From: a virus
Taxonomy: Duplodnaviria > Caudoviricetes
Direction: 5' to 3' (one strand)
Length of the DNA: 62,635 bases
Virus record (IMG/VR): IMGVR_UViG_3300048858_000128
Location: 1 to 62,635 of that record
Shown here: piece by piece, positions 35,199 to 44,672 of the stretch
Numbering within the stretch: position 1 is the stretch's first letter
Layout: every line of letters starts with the position of its first letter
Notes under the pieces: generated by a model
The model's database searches: none
Seen by the model: only the letters and a program-made list of their open reading frames with translations
Told to the model about the DNA's origin: nothing
Made by a program: the position numbers and the translations under genes

Positions 35199-35390
35199 TC
35201 AAGTGCTGGGGAGCAGCGCCTTCTCGATGTGGCGTTCGCCGTCCCCCGTGAGAGGGACAAGCGTTATCTTCTGGTCCTTCGCGAACTCGAATCCGAGTTT
35301 CACGATACGCCCGCTCTTATGGCCGACGAACAGCCGGCCAACGCCCGGGATCTCGACCCACTGCCCTACTTTCACATCGAGGTGCAGCAT
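35199..35390 (-). CDS. CsrA-like small protein
   Basis: 63 aa, ML.L..KVGQ.V.I...R+.V....G..VKLGFE...DQKI parallels the CsrA beta pattern; adjacent to the scaffold gene. Confidence 0.6.
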   Translation of the reverse strand: MLHLDVKVGQWVEIPGVGRLFVGHKSGRIVKLGFEFAKDQKITLVPLTGDGERHIEKALLPST

Positions 35391-35396
35391 CGGGCC

Positions 35397-36365
35397 TCAC
35401 TGCGCCAGGTAGCGGTCGCGCGCGTCGGGCGACATCTTCGCCAGTTCGCGTTCGAACGATACCGAGTCCTTGGCAGCCAGCCGATCGAGGTGGGCGAACT
35501 CGCCGCCGTCGTCAGCATCGGTTATGTCGGCGGCCGGCACGGTGCCGAGGTTGGGAGGCATCTCGGGCCGGGCCTTGGCGTCGGGCTTTGCGGCTGCCGC
35601 TTTGCCGCCAGTCTTCTTGCCCGCATCCGCATCAGGCTTTGGGGTTGGCGTCTCGATGCCGAACGCCGCCTTCACCTGCTCGGCGATGTTCGCGTGCGCC
35701 TTGGCGAGGATCTTTGGATTGAGCGGGTTGACCGCTTCGACCTGAAGCTTGCGCACCTCGGCATCGAGCATGCTCGCTAGCACTGGCGACTTATACTGCT
35801 GATGCTGGCCGATGAAGCTGGAAACATCATCCTGCCAAGTCTCCAAGGCGGTCTCGCGCGCCACCTCGGCCTTGATCTGCTGCCGCTCAATCGTTCTGAA
35901 CTCGGCGTCCAGCGGCTTGAGCTGCGCGCGAAGCTCTTCGGCGGTGAGCTCGCCCTCGTCGAACTTCTTCGCAATCTCGTCGCGCTTGCTGTCGATCGCC
36001 GCAAGCTTCTCGTCCAGATCGCCCGGGACGATCCATTTGGGCGCTCGCTCCTCTGGCTCCTGGGCGTCGGCAGCGTCGGCGGCCGGCGTCTCCTTCGCGG
36101 CGACCGCGGCTGCAGCTGCGGCGGCATCAGCTGCAGCTTTGGCCGTCGCGTCATCGGCAGCGCCGATGTCGTCGTCGCCGTCATCATCACCCTCGCCGTC
36201 ATCACCGGCGTCGCCATCCTTATCGGTGCCGGCAGCATCGCCGCCGGCAGCGTCATCGTCACCAGCGTCGGCTTCATCGTCGCCGGCGTCTTCCTCCTCG
36301 AGGAGGCCTAGACGCTCCTCTTCGGTCAGCAATGCTAATTCTGCTTCACTAAATTTCGGGTCCAT
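35397..36365 (-). CDS. Capsid scaffolding protein
   Basis: Acidic disordered N-terminus, coiled coil, FAHLDRL...ERELAKMS C-terminus; after the portal gene. Confidence 0.75.
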   Translation of the reverse strand: MDPKFSEAELALLTEEERLGLLEEEDAGDDEADAGDDDAAGGDAAGTDKDGDAGDDGEGDDDGDDDIGAADDATAKAAADAAAAAAAVAAKETPAADAADAQEPEERAPKWIVPGDLDEKLAAIDSKRDEIAKKFDEGELTAEELRAQLKPLDAEFRTIERQQIKAEVARETALETWQDDVSSFIGQHQQYKSPVLASMLDAEVRKLQVEAVNPLNPKILAKAHANIAEQVKAAFGIETPTPKPDADAGKKTGGKAAAAKPDAKARPEMPPNLGTVPAADITDADDGGEFAHLDRLAAKDSVSFERELAKMSPDARDRYLAQ

Positions 36366-36377
36366 GGGGCTTCCTCG

Positions 36378-38633
36378 TTACTGTCCCAGCCCTGGCGAGG
36401 CTTGGGGATTTGCCTCCGGCGCGGGAGCCGCCGGTTGGGCTGGTTGCTGCTGCTGCGCCTGTGCCTGTTCCGCGGCGGCCTGTTGGGCCACTGCGGCAAG
36501 CGTCTCTTCCTGCTCGGTGCGGGACTGGTAGCCCGCCTCGTGCAGCATGTGGTCGGCCACGTCGGCGACGACGGGGATCGCTGCCACGGCTCCGGCTGCT
36601 TCGACTGCCGTTTTCTGGGTCTGCATGTTGACGTTGGAGATGCGGGCCATGAGCTCTTTCGCCTGCGCTTCGCTCTTGGCAGCGTCGGCAATCAGCTTCC
36701 GGAGCTCGGCCATTGCCGTCTCCATCTGCATCTTCTGCTGTGCCGCACTCACTTGCTGGCGCGCGATCTGCTCGGGGTCGTTCTCGTCCGCATCCGGATC
36801 CGTCATGCCGGTGACCTGGCGGATACGCTTCACCAGTTCGTCGCGCTGCGGGATGTCCATGCTCTCGACGACGAGATCGAGCGACACGAGGGCAACCTGC
36901 GGCGCGACCGGCGCCAGCTGGCCGATGAGCTCCATGAGCTCGGACACCTGCGCCTGGCGGACGCTGGCGCGCCAGTCCTCTTCGGTGATGACATAGTCCG
37001 CCTTGGTGCGAACGATGTCGTTGTCAGGCATGCCATCGTTGACCGTGACATACTCCGGCGCGCCGCGGCTGTTGGTGATGCGGAACTTCTTCTCCTCGGT
37101 CATGAACTGCTCCATGATCGAGAGCTTCTTTTCGCCGCGGATCTGGGATGCCAGGCGGTGATTGTCGAACAGGCCGGCGGTCGCCAACGCGCCTTGGCTC
37201 TGGCGGGCCTCGATAGCCTTGCCTGAAACCGCGTTCGTTGTGCGGCCGAGGTTCTCGTCCGTCACCCCTCCGACCTGCTGCACCATCTGGATGTCGCGCG
37301 ACATCAGTTCGAGGTGGTACTGCGATAGCTCGCGGTCGCTGTCGATTTTGAGCTCATAGCCCTTCTTTTTGACGATCACCGCATCGGGGCGGGCCGCCTC
37401 TTCGACGAGATCATTGACGTCCTCGACCGCGCCTTCATCCATGATGATCTTGCTCGTCGACAGGATATGCAGGGCCTTGCTGGCGCGCTTGTTAATGTCG
37501 ATCTGAATATCGCGGATGTTGCGCACCATGCCGTAAGGCATGCCATCACGGCCGCGACGCTTGTTCCAGATCGGTGTGAACGGGAAGCGGTTATGCCGGT
37601 ATGGCGACGGCGACAGCCACAGCAGCCCGGCCGTGGTGAACAGCGCGACATACATGCGCATCATCGGCTTGCTGACGACTTCGGCTTCTTCGGCTTTCAC
37701 CGAATCCTCATGCCCCGGGGAGAACTCGTCATAGATCTCGCCGGAGAACATCCCGCCCTTCAGCTTGTTGACCGTGACGGGCATCTTGAACCACATCTCG
37801 AAGATGCGCAGGCGTTGCCGCCTATAGCCGGTGACATGGTCGCTGACATGGCCGCTGTCGCCCCTGCCCTGGCTCTCGGCCTCGTGCTGATCCATGACTT
37901 CATCGCCATAGGCGTCGGTCATGGTGAAATTGTCGGCGTCATCTACCGAGCGCCGGAGCAGCGCCTTTCGTTTCGGGAAGATGGCGCATGCCACGTCGAT
38001 ATCGACCCATTTGGAGCGGAAGATGTAGCGAGCGTCTTCCAGATCGAGGCGGATGGCGGTGCTGTCCCACAGCATGTTCCGCCAGCTCTCGTACCGGCTG
38101 TAGATCGGCTCGCCTTCGTCGTCGCCCTGATAGCCGTCTTCCATCCATCCGATGCCGACCTTTGCGGCATCTTCGAACGCGCGGCTCACTTCGAACGGGT
38201 CGCGGTTGACGTCGGAGAGGTATTTCAGGAGCTCGCTCTTGCGCTGCGCCGGCTTTCCATCCTCCTTCCGGCGCGGGAGCACCTTGAAATCGGTGCGAGC
38301 GCGCTTTTCGGAGCCGACAACCCAATCGATCGTGGTGGCGGTGACGTTGAAGACAAGCGGGATCTGGCCGCGCTCCTTCAGGGTCTGCGCATCCTCCTCG
38401 GTCCACTGGATGCTGTCGTACATGTCCTCGTCGATCGCCTGCTCGCGGCGATTGGGCGCCTGGCGGTCGATTTCGCGGGTGGCGACGTCAAGGAGACGGT
38501 GGTGCAGCCGCACCATGTTGTTGCTGTCGAGCGAGTTGCCGGCAACCTGACGCCCCGGTACCGGCTTATCCGGTATCGGTGACTTGTATGGCTTCTTGCG
38601 AACAGAGCCGTCGTCAGCGTTGAGGTCAAACAT
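36378..38633 (-). CDS. Portal protein (P22-like)
   Basis: 751 aa, QWTEED..LKERGQ.PL.FN, PYGMVR...Q..INKR.SK, SGKAIEARQ.QG. Confidence 0.92.
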   Translation of the reverse strand: MFDLNADDGSVRKKPYKSPIPDKPVPGRQVAGNSLDSNNMVRLHHRLLDVATREIDRQAPNRREQAIDEDMYDSIQWTEEDAQTLKERGQIPLVFNVTATTIDWVVGSEKRARTDFKVLPRRKEDGKPAQRKSELLKYLSDVNRDPFEVSRAFEDAAKVGIGWMEDGYQGDDEGEPIYSRYESWRNMLWDSTAIRLDLEDARYIFRSKWVDIDVACAIFPKRKALLRRSVDDADNFTMTDAYGDEVMDQHEAESQGRGDSGHVSDHVTGYRRQRLRIFEMWFKMPVTVNKLKGGMFSGEIYDEFSPGHEDSVKAEEAEVVSKPMMRMYVALFTTAGLLWLSPSPYRHNRFPFTPIWNKRRGRDGMPYGMVRNIRDIQIDINKRASKALHILSTSKIIMDEGAVEDVNDLVEEAARPDAVIVKKKGYELKIDSDRELSQYHLELMSRDIQMVQQVGGVTDENLGRTTNAVSGKAIEARQSQGALATAGLFDNHRLASQIRGEKKLSIMEQFMTEEKKFRITNSRGAPEYVTVNDGMPDNDIVRTKADYVITEEDWRASVRQAQVSELMELIGQLAPVAPQVALVSLDLVVESMDIPQRDELVKRIRQVTGMTDPDADENDPEQIARQQVSAAQQKMQMETAMAELRKLIADAAKSEAQAKELMARISNVNMQTQKTAVEAAGAVAAIPVVADVADHMLHEAGYQSRTEQEETLAAVAQQAAAEQAQAQQQQPAQPAAPAPEANPQASPGLGQ

Positions 38634-39054
38634 CCCTTATCTCCGTTTCGACAGTTCGCCCGTGGGTGTGGTCGAAGAGGGTTGCCTCGGCCACGACGGG
38701 TTTCCGGTCGCCCTGGTACGGTGGGATGTGGAGAAGATCGCCGAGCATGTCGTTGATGAACATCGCTAGTCGGATGACGTTGCGAGGCTCATGAACCGAG
38801 AGGCCGAGGATCTCGGCGAACTGAAAAGCGATGGGAGCAGATTGCGCGGGATCGCCGATTTCTTCCGACCATATCCAGGCGCGGTCAGCAGTGACCACGC
38901 ATGGTATCAGCCTCTCGTCGTATTCCCTGCCCGCCGGAATAAGAACCATGCACGGCCGGAAATCCCCATCCAACCGCAACCAGGTGCCGATAGCGGTAAT
39001 GTCGCCTCGCGTTTTTGTCCAATGTCTTCTGTTGAGGTCAAGATCTGGGGTCAC
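38626..39054 (-). CDS. Conserved hypothetical protein between terminase and portal
   Basis: GTG start with GGAG RBS, coupled at both ends. Confidence 0.65.
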   Translation of the reverse strand: MTPDLDLNRRHWTKTRGDITAIGTWLRLDGDFRPCMVLIPAGREYDERLIPCVVTADRAWIWSEEIGDPAQSAPIAFQFAEILGLSVHEPRNVIRLAMFINDMLGDLLHIPPYQGDRKPVVAEATLFDHTHGRTVETEIRDV

Positions 39055-39509
39055 AGCTTTTTCTCCGGGTGGGGATGTTGGATGGTGCGGATGGTTCCGC
39101 ATGCGCCGCTGGCGTGGCAGATGGCGGCCTGAATGGCCGTTTCGGCGTCCGCGTTGGCGAACATGGCGCCGAGCGCAGCGACGGAACCGGCGCCGATCGC
39201 GAAGTACGGTGCGTGATAGACTTCATCGCCGCGGGCGGTGATGACGCGGATCGGGCCGATGACAGGGGCGGCAAGCACGATGTAGGAGCTGTACTGCTCG
39301 GGCAGCGGCTCCGCCTTCGGGTGCTCGCCATGGCATCCATCGCGGACCCACTGAAGGAAGCGCTCAGCCTCTGCGGCGTTGCCTGCCACGCCGTAGAGGG
39401 TGCCGTCTGGCCCGATCGCCAGCTTGTAGGCCCATGGGGTTGCGGCTCCACCGATCCAAGAGCCACTGTCGGCCGCCATGATGCCATCGCGATAGGCTAT
39501 CGTCGTCAT
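39051..39509 (-). CDS. Ntn-hydrolase / HslV-like protein
   Basis: MTTIAY..G.MAADS and AIGAG...ALGAM...A..AI motifs; ATGA overlap with terL. Confidence 0.65.
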   Translation of the reverse strand: MTTIAYRDGIMAADSGSWIGGAATPWAYKLAIGPDGTLYGVAGNAAEAERFLQWVRDGCHGEHPKAEPLPEQYSSYIVLAAPVIGPIRVITARGDEVYHAPYFAIGAGSVAALGAMFANADAETAIQAAICHASGACGTIRTIQHPHPEKKL

Positions 39510-41053
39510 GCTACCATTCCTGATCTGTTGGTACGTCTGGGCCGTGTGTTCGAGCCGCCATGGACGGCGTAGCGTCGAACCACATCGCGAGCCTGCGCCT
39601 TCTGGCGGAGAGCGTCGGCGGCGTGCTGGTGGCCGTTGTTCTTGGGGCTGTCTGACCAGACGCCCATGTTCTCGTTCCACGACTTCCGGTAGTTTTCGAG
39701 ATGGACGATGCCGGCGGCGCACTTCACCTCGTCGAAGTAATAGGTCGAGAAGTCATCGCGCAGCTGCTGGATGCCCACGTTCACGAGGTCGGGCGTTCGG
39801 TCGACGATCTCGATGTTCTTGAGGTGCAGGCCTTCCAGCATGTCCTTTGGGGTCTGGATCATCACCGCGCCCGGGCGGCGCTGGTTGCCGTCGTGCGGCA
39901 GGTAGTGGTGGCCGAACACATAGCCGCGCTTGTCGAACTCGCGGACGATGAAGCTGTAAGGCTCGCTGCTGCACTCGAAATAGTCGATGAAGTGATCGGC
40001 GGCGCCGACGGCCTGATGAAACCAGATCGCGATATCGTCGTTGACGCCCAAGTCCCAGAACGTGTTGACCGGGTAGCTCGGCTGATACGGGACGCGGCAA
40101 ATGCGGCCGTCGAGGCGGCAGCGCTCCAGCTGCTTGGCGAGATACACGCCCTCGGTCGAGACCTTGAACGCCTCCTCGAGCGTCGTCGGGTACTCCGACC
40201 ACATCTTCTCGTCTTCATCGGCGAAGGTGTTGCGCCTGGTGGCGACGTACCAGGCGCGCTTGCGGGCGGACAGCGGCCGGCCAATCTCCCGCTCCATGCG
40301 GTCGAAATAGTCGTGGTCCTTCTTGCTGATGACCGTGCTGTCCGGATCTTCCTCGTATTCCTCCGCGTCCCACCACGACGCGAAATGCAGCCGGTATTCC
40401 TTCTTCGACAGCTTCTTGCGGGAATCGGCGTTGTTCTTCGCCTCGGTGACCATCTTGTAGTAGGCGCCGTCGCGGCCCTTGGCGGTCGACTCGATGAAGA
40501 TGATGCCCTGCTCTGCCGCCGGCAGCGCGCCAGTGACGATCTCGTCGGCCTTCAGCGGCGACTGGTAGCAGATGATGCCGAACTCTGAGACGTGCAACCA
40601 ATTGAGCGTGGTACCGCGGGCGGAGGTGGAAACGGAGATCGATGAGCCATTGGCAAACACCTTCTCCTTCACGTTGTCCGTCTTGATCGGGATGTTCTGG
40701 CGGATCGGCGGCGGCAACCGGTCATATGCGAACTCGATCTTGTCGCGCATGATCTTGGTGGCGGTGTCCTGGTCCTGGGCAATGATGGCGCCGGTCTGGT
40801 TCTCGTTCCAGAGGCAGGCGTCGAGGATCATGAGCTGGATCAGGGTGGAGAACCCGCGCTGGCGGGCCTTTGGCACGATGTTCCGGTACCAGAGGTTCTG
40901 CAGAAGCCGTTCCTGCACCTCATTCGGCACGAATAGGACTGTGTTCTTGTCCTTGTCGAGGATGTAGTAGAGGTTCCGGATGCGCCAGTGCGGATCCTTG
41001 AGCTTTTCTTTAAGCTCTTCCTCCGTCAGACCAGCTAGATGTTTATACAGCAT
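39506..41053 (-). CDS. terL: Terminase large subunit
   Basis: KARQRGFST Walker A, LHVSEFG Walker B, IESTAKG, WDLGVND, H.ADALR nuclease motifs. Confidence 0.95.
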   Translation of the reverse strand: MLYKHLAGLTEEELKEKLKDPHWRIRNLYYILDKDKNTVLFVPNEVQERLLQNLWYRNIVPKARQRGFSTLIQLMILDACLWNENQTGAIIAQDQDTATKIMRDKIEFAYDRLPPPIRQNIPIKTDNVKEKVFANGSSISVSTSARGTTLNWLHVSEFGIICYQSPLKADEIVTGALPAAEQGIIFIESTAKGRDGAYYKMVTEAKNNADSRKKLSKKEYRLHFASWWDAEEYEEDPDSTVISKKDHDYFDRMEREIGRPLSARKRAWYVATRRNTFADEDEKMWSEYPTTLEEAFKVSTEGVYLAKQLERCRLDGRICRVPYQPSYPVNTFWDLGVNDDIAIWFHQAVGAADHFIDYFECSSEPYSFIVREFDKRGYVFGHHYLPHDGNQRRPGAVMIQTPKDMLEGLHLKNIEIVDRTPDLVNVGIQQLRDDFSTYYFDEVKCAAGIVHLENYRKSWNENMGVWSDSPKNNGHQHAADALRQKAQARDVVRRYAVHGGSNTRPRRTNRSGMVA

Positions 41054-42056
41054 CCGATGAGCCCTGCCCGTCGTCGCTCGGTGCGAAGGCTGTGCCTCGC
41101 GGAGCGTCCGAAGATGCAGGACCATCTTGGTCCTTTGGTTGGAAAGAATTGCCGCTGATGTCTTTAAGCCAGGAACCCAGCGCGCTCTCTGGTTCTACAT
41201 CATGTTTGATGTGTTTGGTATCCCGCCAGATGCCCGGCCGGCGGTTCTGAAGCCAGAACATTGCGGCCTTGGTGTCCGGCGGCACGTGCTCGATCGTCTC
41301 GACGCGCTGCAGCTCCTTATCGACGACGACGATCTTCTCAGAATCGAACGTGTAACCGACGGCGCGGCGGTAGAGCGAATCCTCGACCTTCTTGTCTGCC
41401 TCGTCCTTGCCCATCTCCAGCGCTTCCCGAAACTCCGGGTGCTCGATCTTCCACCGGTGGATCGTGCGCAGCGCAACGCCGAAGAACTGCGAAATCTCAA
41501 GGTCAGTGGCGCCGAGCTTAGCGAGCAGCTTCCCCTGATCCGCGAACTTCTCCTCGTAGGGGCTCGGCCTGCCGCCGCTGCTGCCACGCTGGTCGGCATC
41601 GAAAGCCCGATCGAACTTCCAGTGCTCGATGCGCCAGAGCGCGATGGTCTCAAGATCGACGTCGAGGGCGGCCGCAACATCGTCCTCGCCCTTGCCGGCT
41701 CTGATGAGCAGGTAGGCGAGACCGCAATACCGCTCCTGAAACTTCGGCGCTTCCGGCTCATCGGCTGGGGCAGCGACGGCCTTTGGAGCAACCTTTTTCG
41801 CTGCTGGCTTCCTCGCGGATTTCTTCGCCGGCGCCACCGCCATCGGGTCGAAATTATCCGTCGGAGCGGGTGATTTGATCGCCGGAGTGGGTACCTTACC
41901 CGTTTTCCCCGCTTTCGCCTTCCCCTTCAACGGCTTAGCATTCTTGACCGCCTTTTGACTGGCAGCCGGTTTCGCCTTTAGGGGTGACAAAACCTCCTCG
42001 GGCCTCGCAGACGGCTGCGCCTTGGCCGGTGGCTTCTTCGGACTGCGTGGCGCCAT
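41043..42056 (-). CDS. terS: Terminase small subunit with long Lys/Ala/Pro-rich N-terminus
   Basis: GRPSPY...LGATD.EI..FFGV..TI.RWK.EHPEF, SLYRRAVGY, PPDTKAAMFWL.NR. Confidence 0.85.
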   Translation of the reverse strand: MAPRSPKKPPAKAQPSARPEEVLSPLKAKPAASQKAVKNAKPLKGKAKAGKTGKVPTPAIKSPAPTDNFDPMAVAPAKKSARKPAAKKVAPKAVAAPADEPEAPKFQERYCGLAYLLIRAGKGEDDVAAALDVDLETIALWRIEHWKFDRAFDADQRGSSGGRPSPYEEKFADQGKLLAKLGATDLEISQFFGVALRTIHRWKIEHPEFREALEMGKDEADKKVEDSLYRRAVGYTFDSEKIVVVDKELQRVETIEHVPPDTKAAMFWLQNRRPGIWRDTKHIKHDVEPESALGSWLKDISGNSFQPKDQDGPASSDAPRGTAFAPSDDGQGSSDAV

Positions 42057-42679
42057 CAGCGACGCCCTCTCTGCCGAACGCCGGCGACAAGGCTGTGCAT
42101 GGCTGCTCGCCCGCCTCCCTTGCCCTCAAGAGCATCAATCAGCCTCACGTTGCCAGTCAGCTTCTCGATCGGGACCGGCGGAATGCTCGACACCGAACCT
42201 GCTCGCAGCGTCGGCGTATCCTCATACTCCGTACCTATCTTATTATAATCTGGTACTGGTTCTGGTATTACAACGCTATTGCTCGGCATTTGCTGGGTCG
42301 GTTGATTGATTTTATTGCAGAATTTCCTGTCGTCGTCGGTTTTTGGTCGAGGTTTCGACGCGACTTCAGCGCGTTTTCGCGAGATTTTCAGTGAGTTTTC
42401 CAACTCGGCTTCGGCGCGGTGATTGCTGATTTTGCCCTGCAGATTGATGAAAAGCTTCCGCATGGTCAGCAGCGACTCGAGCAGCGCTTTCGCCTTCCGG
42501 AGGGAGCAGTTGAGCTCGCCTGCAAGCCAGCGCTCATTGTTCTCGATCGGGCCGCCCTCATCGTAGATCAGGTCGAGGATCGTCGTGTACGCGCCGCGCT
42601 CCTCCAGGGAGAGCTTGCGGTAGCCCTGCAGAGCGTCCTGATGGTAGCGGCGGTGGTACGGCATTGACCTGCGGCTCAT
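42056..42679 (-). CDS. Replication initiator, DUF1376/YdaU-like
   Basis: PYHRRY..D......LSLEERGAY..ILDLIY, ISNHRAEAE. Confidence 0.8.
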   Translation of the reverse strand: MSRRSMPYHRRYHQDALQGYRKLSLEERGAYTTILDLIYDEGGPIENNERWLAGELNCSLRKAKALLESLLTMRKLFINLQGKISNHRAEAELENSLKISRKRAEVASKPRPKTDDDRKFCNKINQPTQQMPSNSVVIPEPVPDYNKIGTEYEDTPTLRAGSVSSIPPVPIEKLTGNVRLIDALEGKGGGRAAMHSLVAGVRQRGRR

Positions 42680-43401
42680 GACGCAGTCCTTTCCAATGGC
42701 ATTTCCGCCTGCACCTGACGCGTCACAGAGGGGCTGGCGGTAGTTTCGAATATCGGAGGGTCGGCCTCGGCGAACACGCGCCCGCGGAGCTGCCTGCACA
42801 CGGCGTGGCAGATTTCCTTGCCGGTCATCATCCAGACCATGTCGCGGATCATCTCTCCGCGGGTAGATCTCGAATTGCATGAAATCCGGTGCCGATGGCA
42901 CTCCGCCTGTAGCTCAGAAGCCCACAGCATTTCCAACAGGTACAGTGCCCTCGGCTGTGTGAGCACATCCGTGTGCGGATTGAAGCTCGAACCGTATCTG
43001 CGCGGAGGCTGTTTCGGATATTGCAAAGTGTGCTTCTCCATCGACCATTTGCCGAGGAACAGCGGGTGATTGAGGTGAGCGTCGGAAGGCACGTCGTCGC
43101 GCCGACCGTCGTTACGCCAGTCGACGAAATGTTTTTCATGGGCCGCGACAAACACGAAATGGCAGCACTGCCTGAAGGCCTTCCACTGCTCGTCCAGGCG
43201 CTTGAGTGTGTCCTTCTTCGATTTGATCTCGACACCCACAACAGCGGTCGTAGTGACGGCAGCCACATCAATGCGGTTCGTCCCCTGACCGGCGACGTTG
43301 AGTTCGTGAATGATGCGGGCCGACGGCATCAGGGTGCGGAGCCTGCTGACGACATAGGACCGGATTTCGAGCTCATCAGAGGACTTCGTCAAGCGACACA
43401 C
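42676..43401 (-). CDS. PD-(D/E)XK-fold nuclease-like protein
   Basis: HEL...RIDVAAV...GVEIKS..D.L.RL..Q. Confidence 0.7.
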   Translation of the reverse strand: MCRLTKSSDELEIRSYVVSRLRTLMPSARIIHELNVAGQGTNRIDVAAVTTTAVVGVEIKSKKDTLKRLDEQWKAFRQCCHFVFVAAHEKHFVDWRNDGRRDDVPSDAHLNHPLFLGKWSMEKHTLQYPKQPPRRYGSSFNPHTDVLTQPRALYLLEMLWASELQAECHRHRISCNSRSTRGEMIRDMVWMMTGKEICHAVCRQLRGRVFAEADPPIFETTASPSVTRQVQAEMPLERTAS

Positions 43402-44198
43402 TCCTCATTGTCGGCAGCGCCGCAAGGATCTCGCCTGCGGCTCGGGTTCAGTGGTTCGAACATGTCGGACTGGAGGCCGGCGATTTCCCGAATTTCCGAC
43501 CAGGGCTTCTTGAAGAACGTGCCAAAGCCCAGAGCTTCCATCCGCTCTGGGAAGTCGTCATCCGGATCTTCCCGCATCTGGCGGGCGAGCTGTGGAAAGC
43601 CGAGCTGGAAGCAGAGCCGGCAATTGCTGTCGACGCCCTTCGGCAGGTTGAACGGCTGCGAGCGCCAGAATTCGAGAACCATGGGCTTTGTCACGCCAGC
43701 TGCTATCAGCGGCATCCAAATCCTCTCTCGCGGCTGATCCTCCTGGTCGTGGCGGTGAGGTTCGTCGGCCCGGATGCCGAGCGTTTTAGTCCATTGCGTC
43801 CATCCGCATGCGACAAGCAGCCGCCGCGCGGCGCGGACCTTGAGCTGCTCTGTGCAGATGCGCTTGCCGCCGTTCGGAGTGAAGCGCTTATGGAGGATCA
43901 TCGCCTCAAAGGGCTCTCCGTTCCGGGCGGCGCTATTGTGGTTGACGATCTCGAACCAAGGGGCATCTGGTAGGTATTGCACCCAAGTGATAGGCACGGC
44001 CCATCGCTGCCCTACTTGCTGAACGAAATCCAAGGTGCGGGGATCTTCTCGGCCCGTGTTTGCGAACACGACGCGAACGCGATCGGGCAGGTCGCCGTTG
44101 GCCTCCAGCAGTCGGTGCAGCAGATAGGCAGACGTGCGGCCGCCGCTGAGCGTGACGTGAACGTTGCCTTCTGGCAGTAAGAATGGCGTCTGGCTCAC
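43389..44198 (-). CDS. PAPS-reductase-like adenine nucleotide alpha hydrolase
   Basis: LSGGRTSA PP-loop, FANTG.E, CTEQLK, GIRADE, NCRLC. Confidence 0.85.
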   Translation of the reverse strand: MSQTPFLLPEGNVHVTLSGGRTSAYLLHRLLEANGDLPDRVRVVFANTGREDPRTLDFVQQVGQRWAVPITWVQYLPDAPWFEIVNHNSAARNGEPFEAMILHKRFTPNGGKRICTEQLKVRAARRLLVACGWTQWTKTLGIRADEPHRHDQEDQPRERIWMPLIAAGVTKPMVLEFWRSQPFNLPKGVDSNCRLCFQLGFPQLARQMREDPDDDFPERMEALGFGTFFKKPWSEIREIAGLQSDMFEPLNPSRRRDPCGAADNEECVA

Positions 44199-44494
44199 CT
44201 GCCACCCTCCGCAATGGGGACAGACTGCAACCCAGCAGCAGCGAGGAACGCAGCAAACCGCTCCTCGACCTGGTGGCGGGCGTTCTCCTCGCCGACGGCC
44301 GTTCCATCCACCGGATTGATGGACATGGATACCCAGCAGCGCCAGCGGTGGTATTTCCCGCCGGAGGATCTGAAAACGGCCCCTATATCGACTTGGCCGA
44401 TGCTGGCGACGATTCGGTGCGTCTCATTGCGCCACGTGATCATTCCGCTGCCGCCCTCCCCGCTTGGCGCCGTGCTCGCGGATCTCTCCAGCAT
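44195..44494 (-). CDS. Hypothetical protein
   Basis: Coupled ORF in the leftward operon; start may be 44443. Confidence 0.5.
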   Translation of the reverse strand: MLERSASTAPSGEGGSGMITWRNETHRIVASIGQVDIGAVFRSSGGKYHRWRCWVSMSINPVDGTAVGEENARHQVEERFAAFLAAAGLQSVPIAEGGR

Positions 44495-44672
44495 TGCCCG
44501 CCCTCGATGGCTTCACGCGTAAAGCGATCCACCGGGCACTGAACATCAGGCGCCAGGGCGGAACCGAGCTCACGAACAACCCGCGCGTTGATGTGCTTGA
44601 ACGTGGCGCGGATGTTCCGGCCCAGCATCAGGGAGATCGAGAGGTTCAAGCGAGCGCTCATTGGCTCAACCA

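Noticed and set aside
36050-36310. Low-complexity GCN/GAY-rich stretch
   Set aside because: Encodes the acidic, Ala-rich disordered N-terminus of the scaffold protein; not a separate repeat element.
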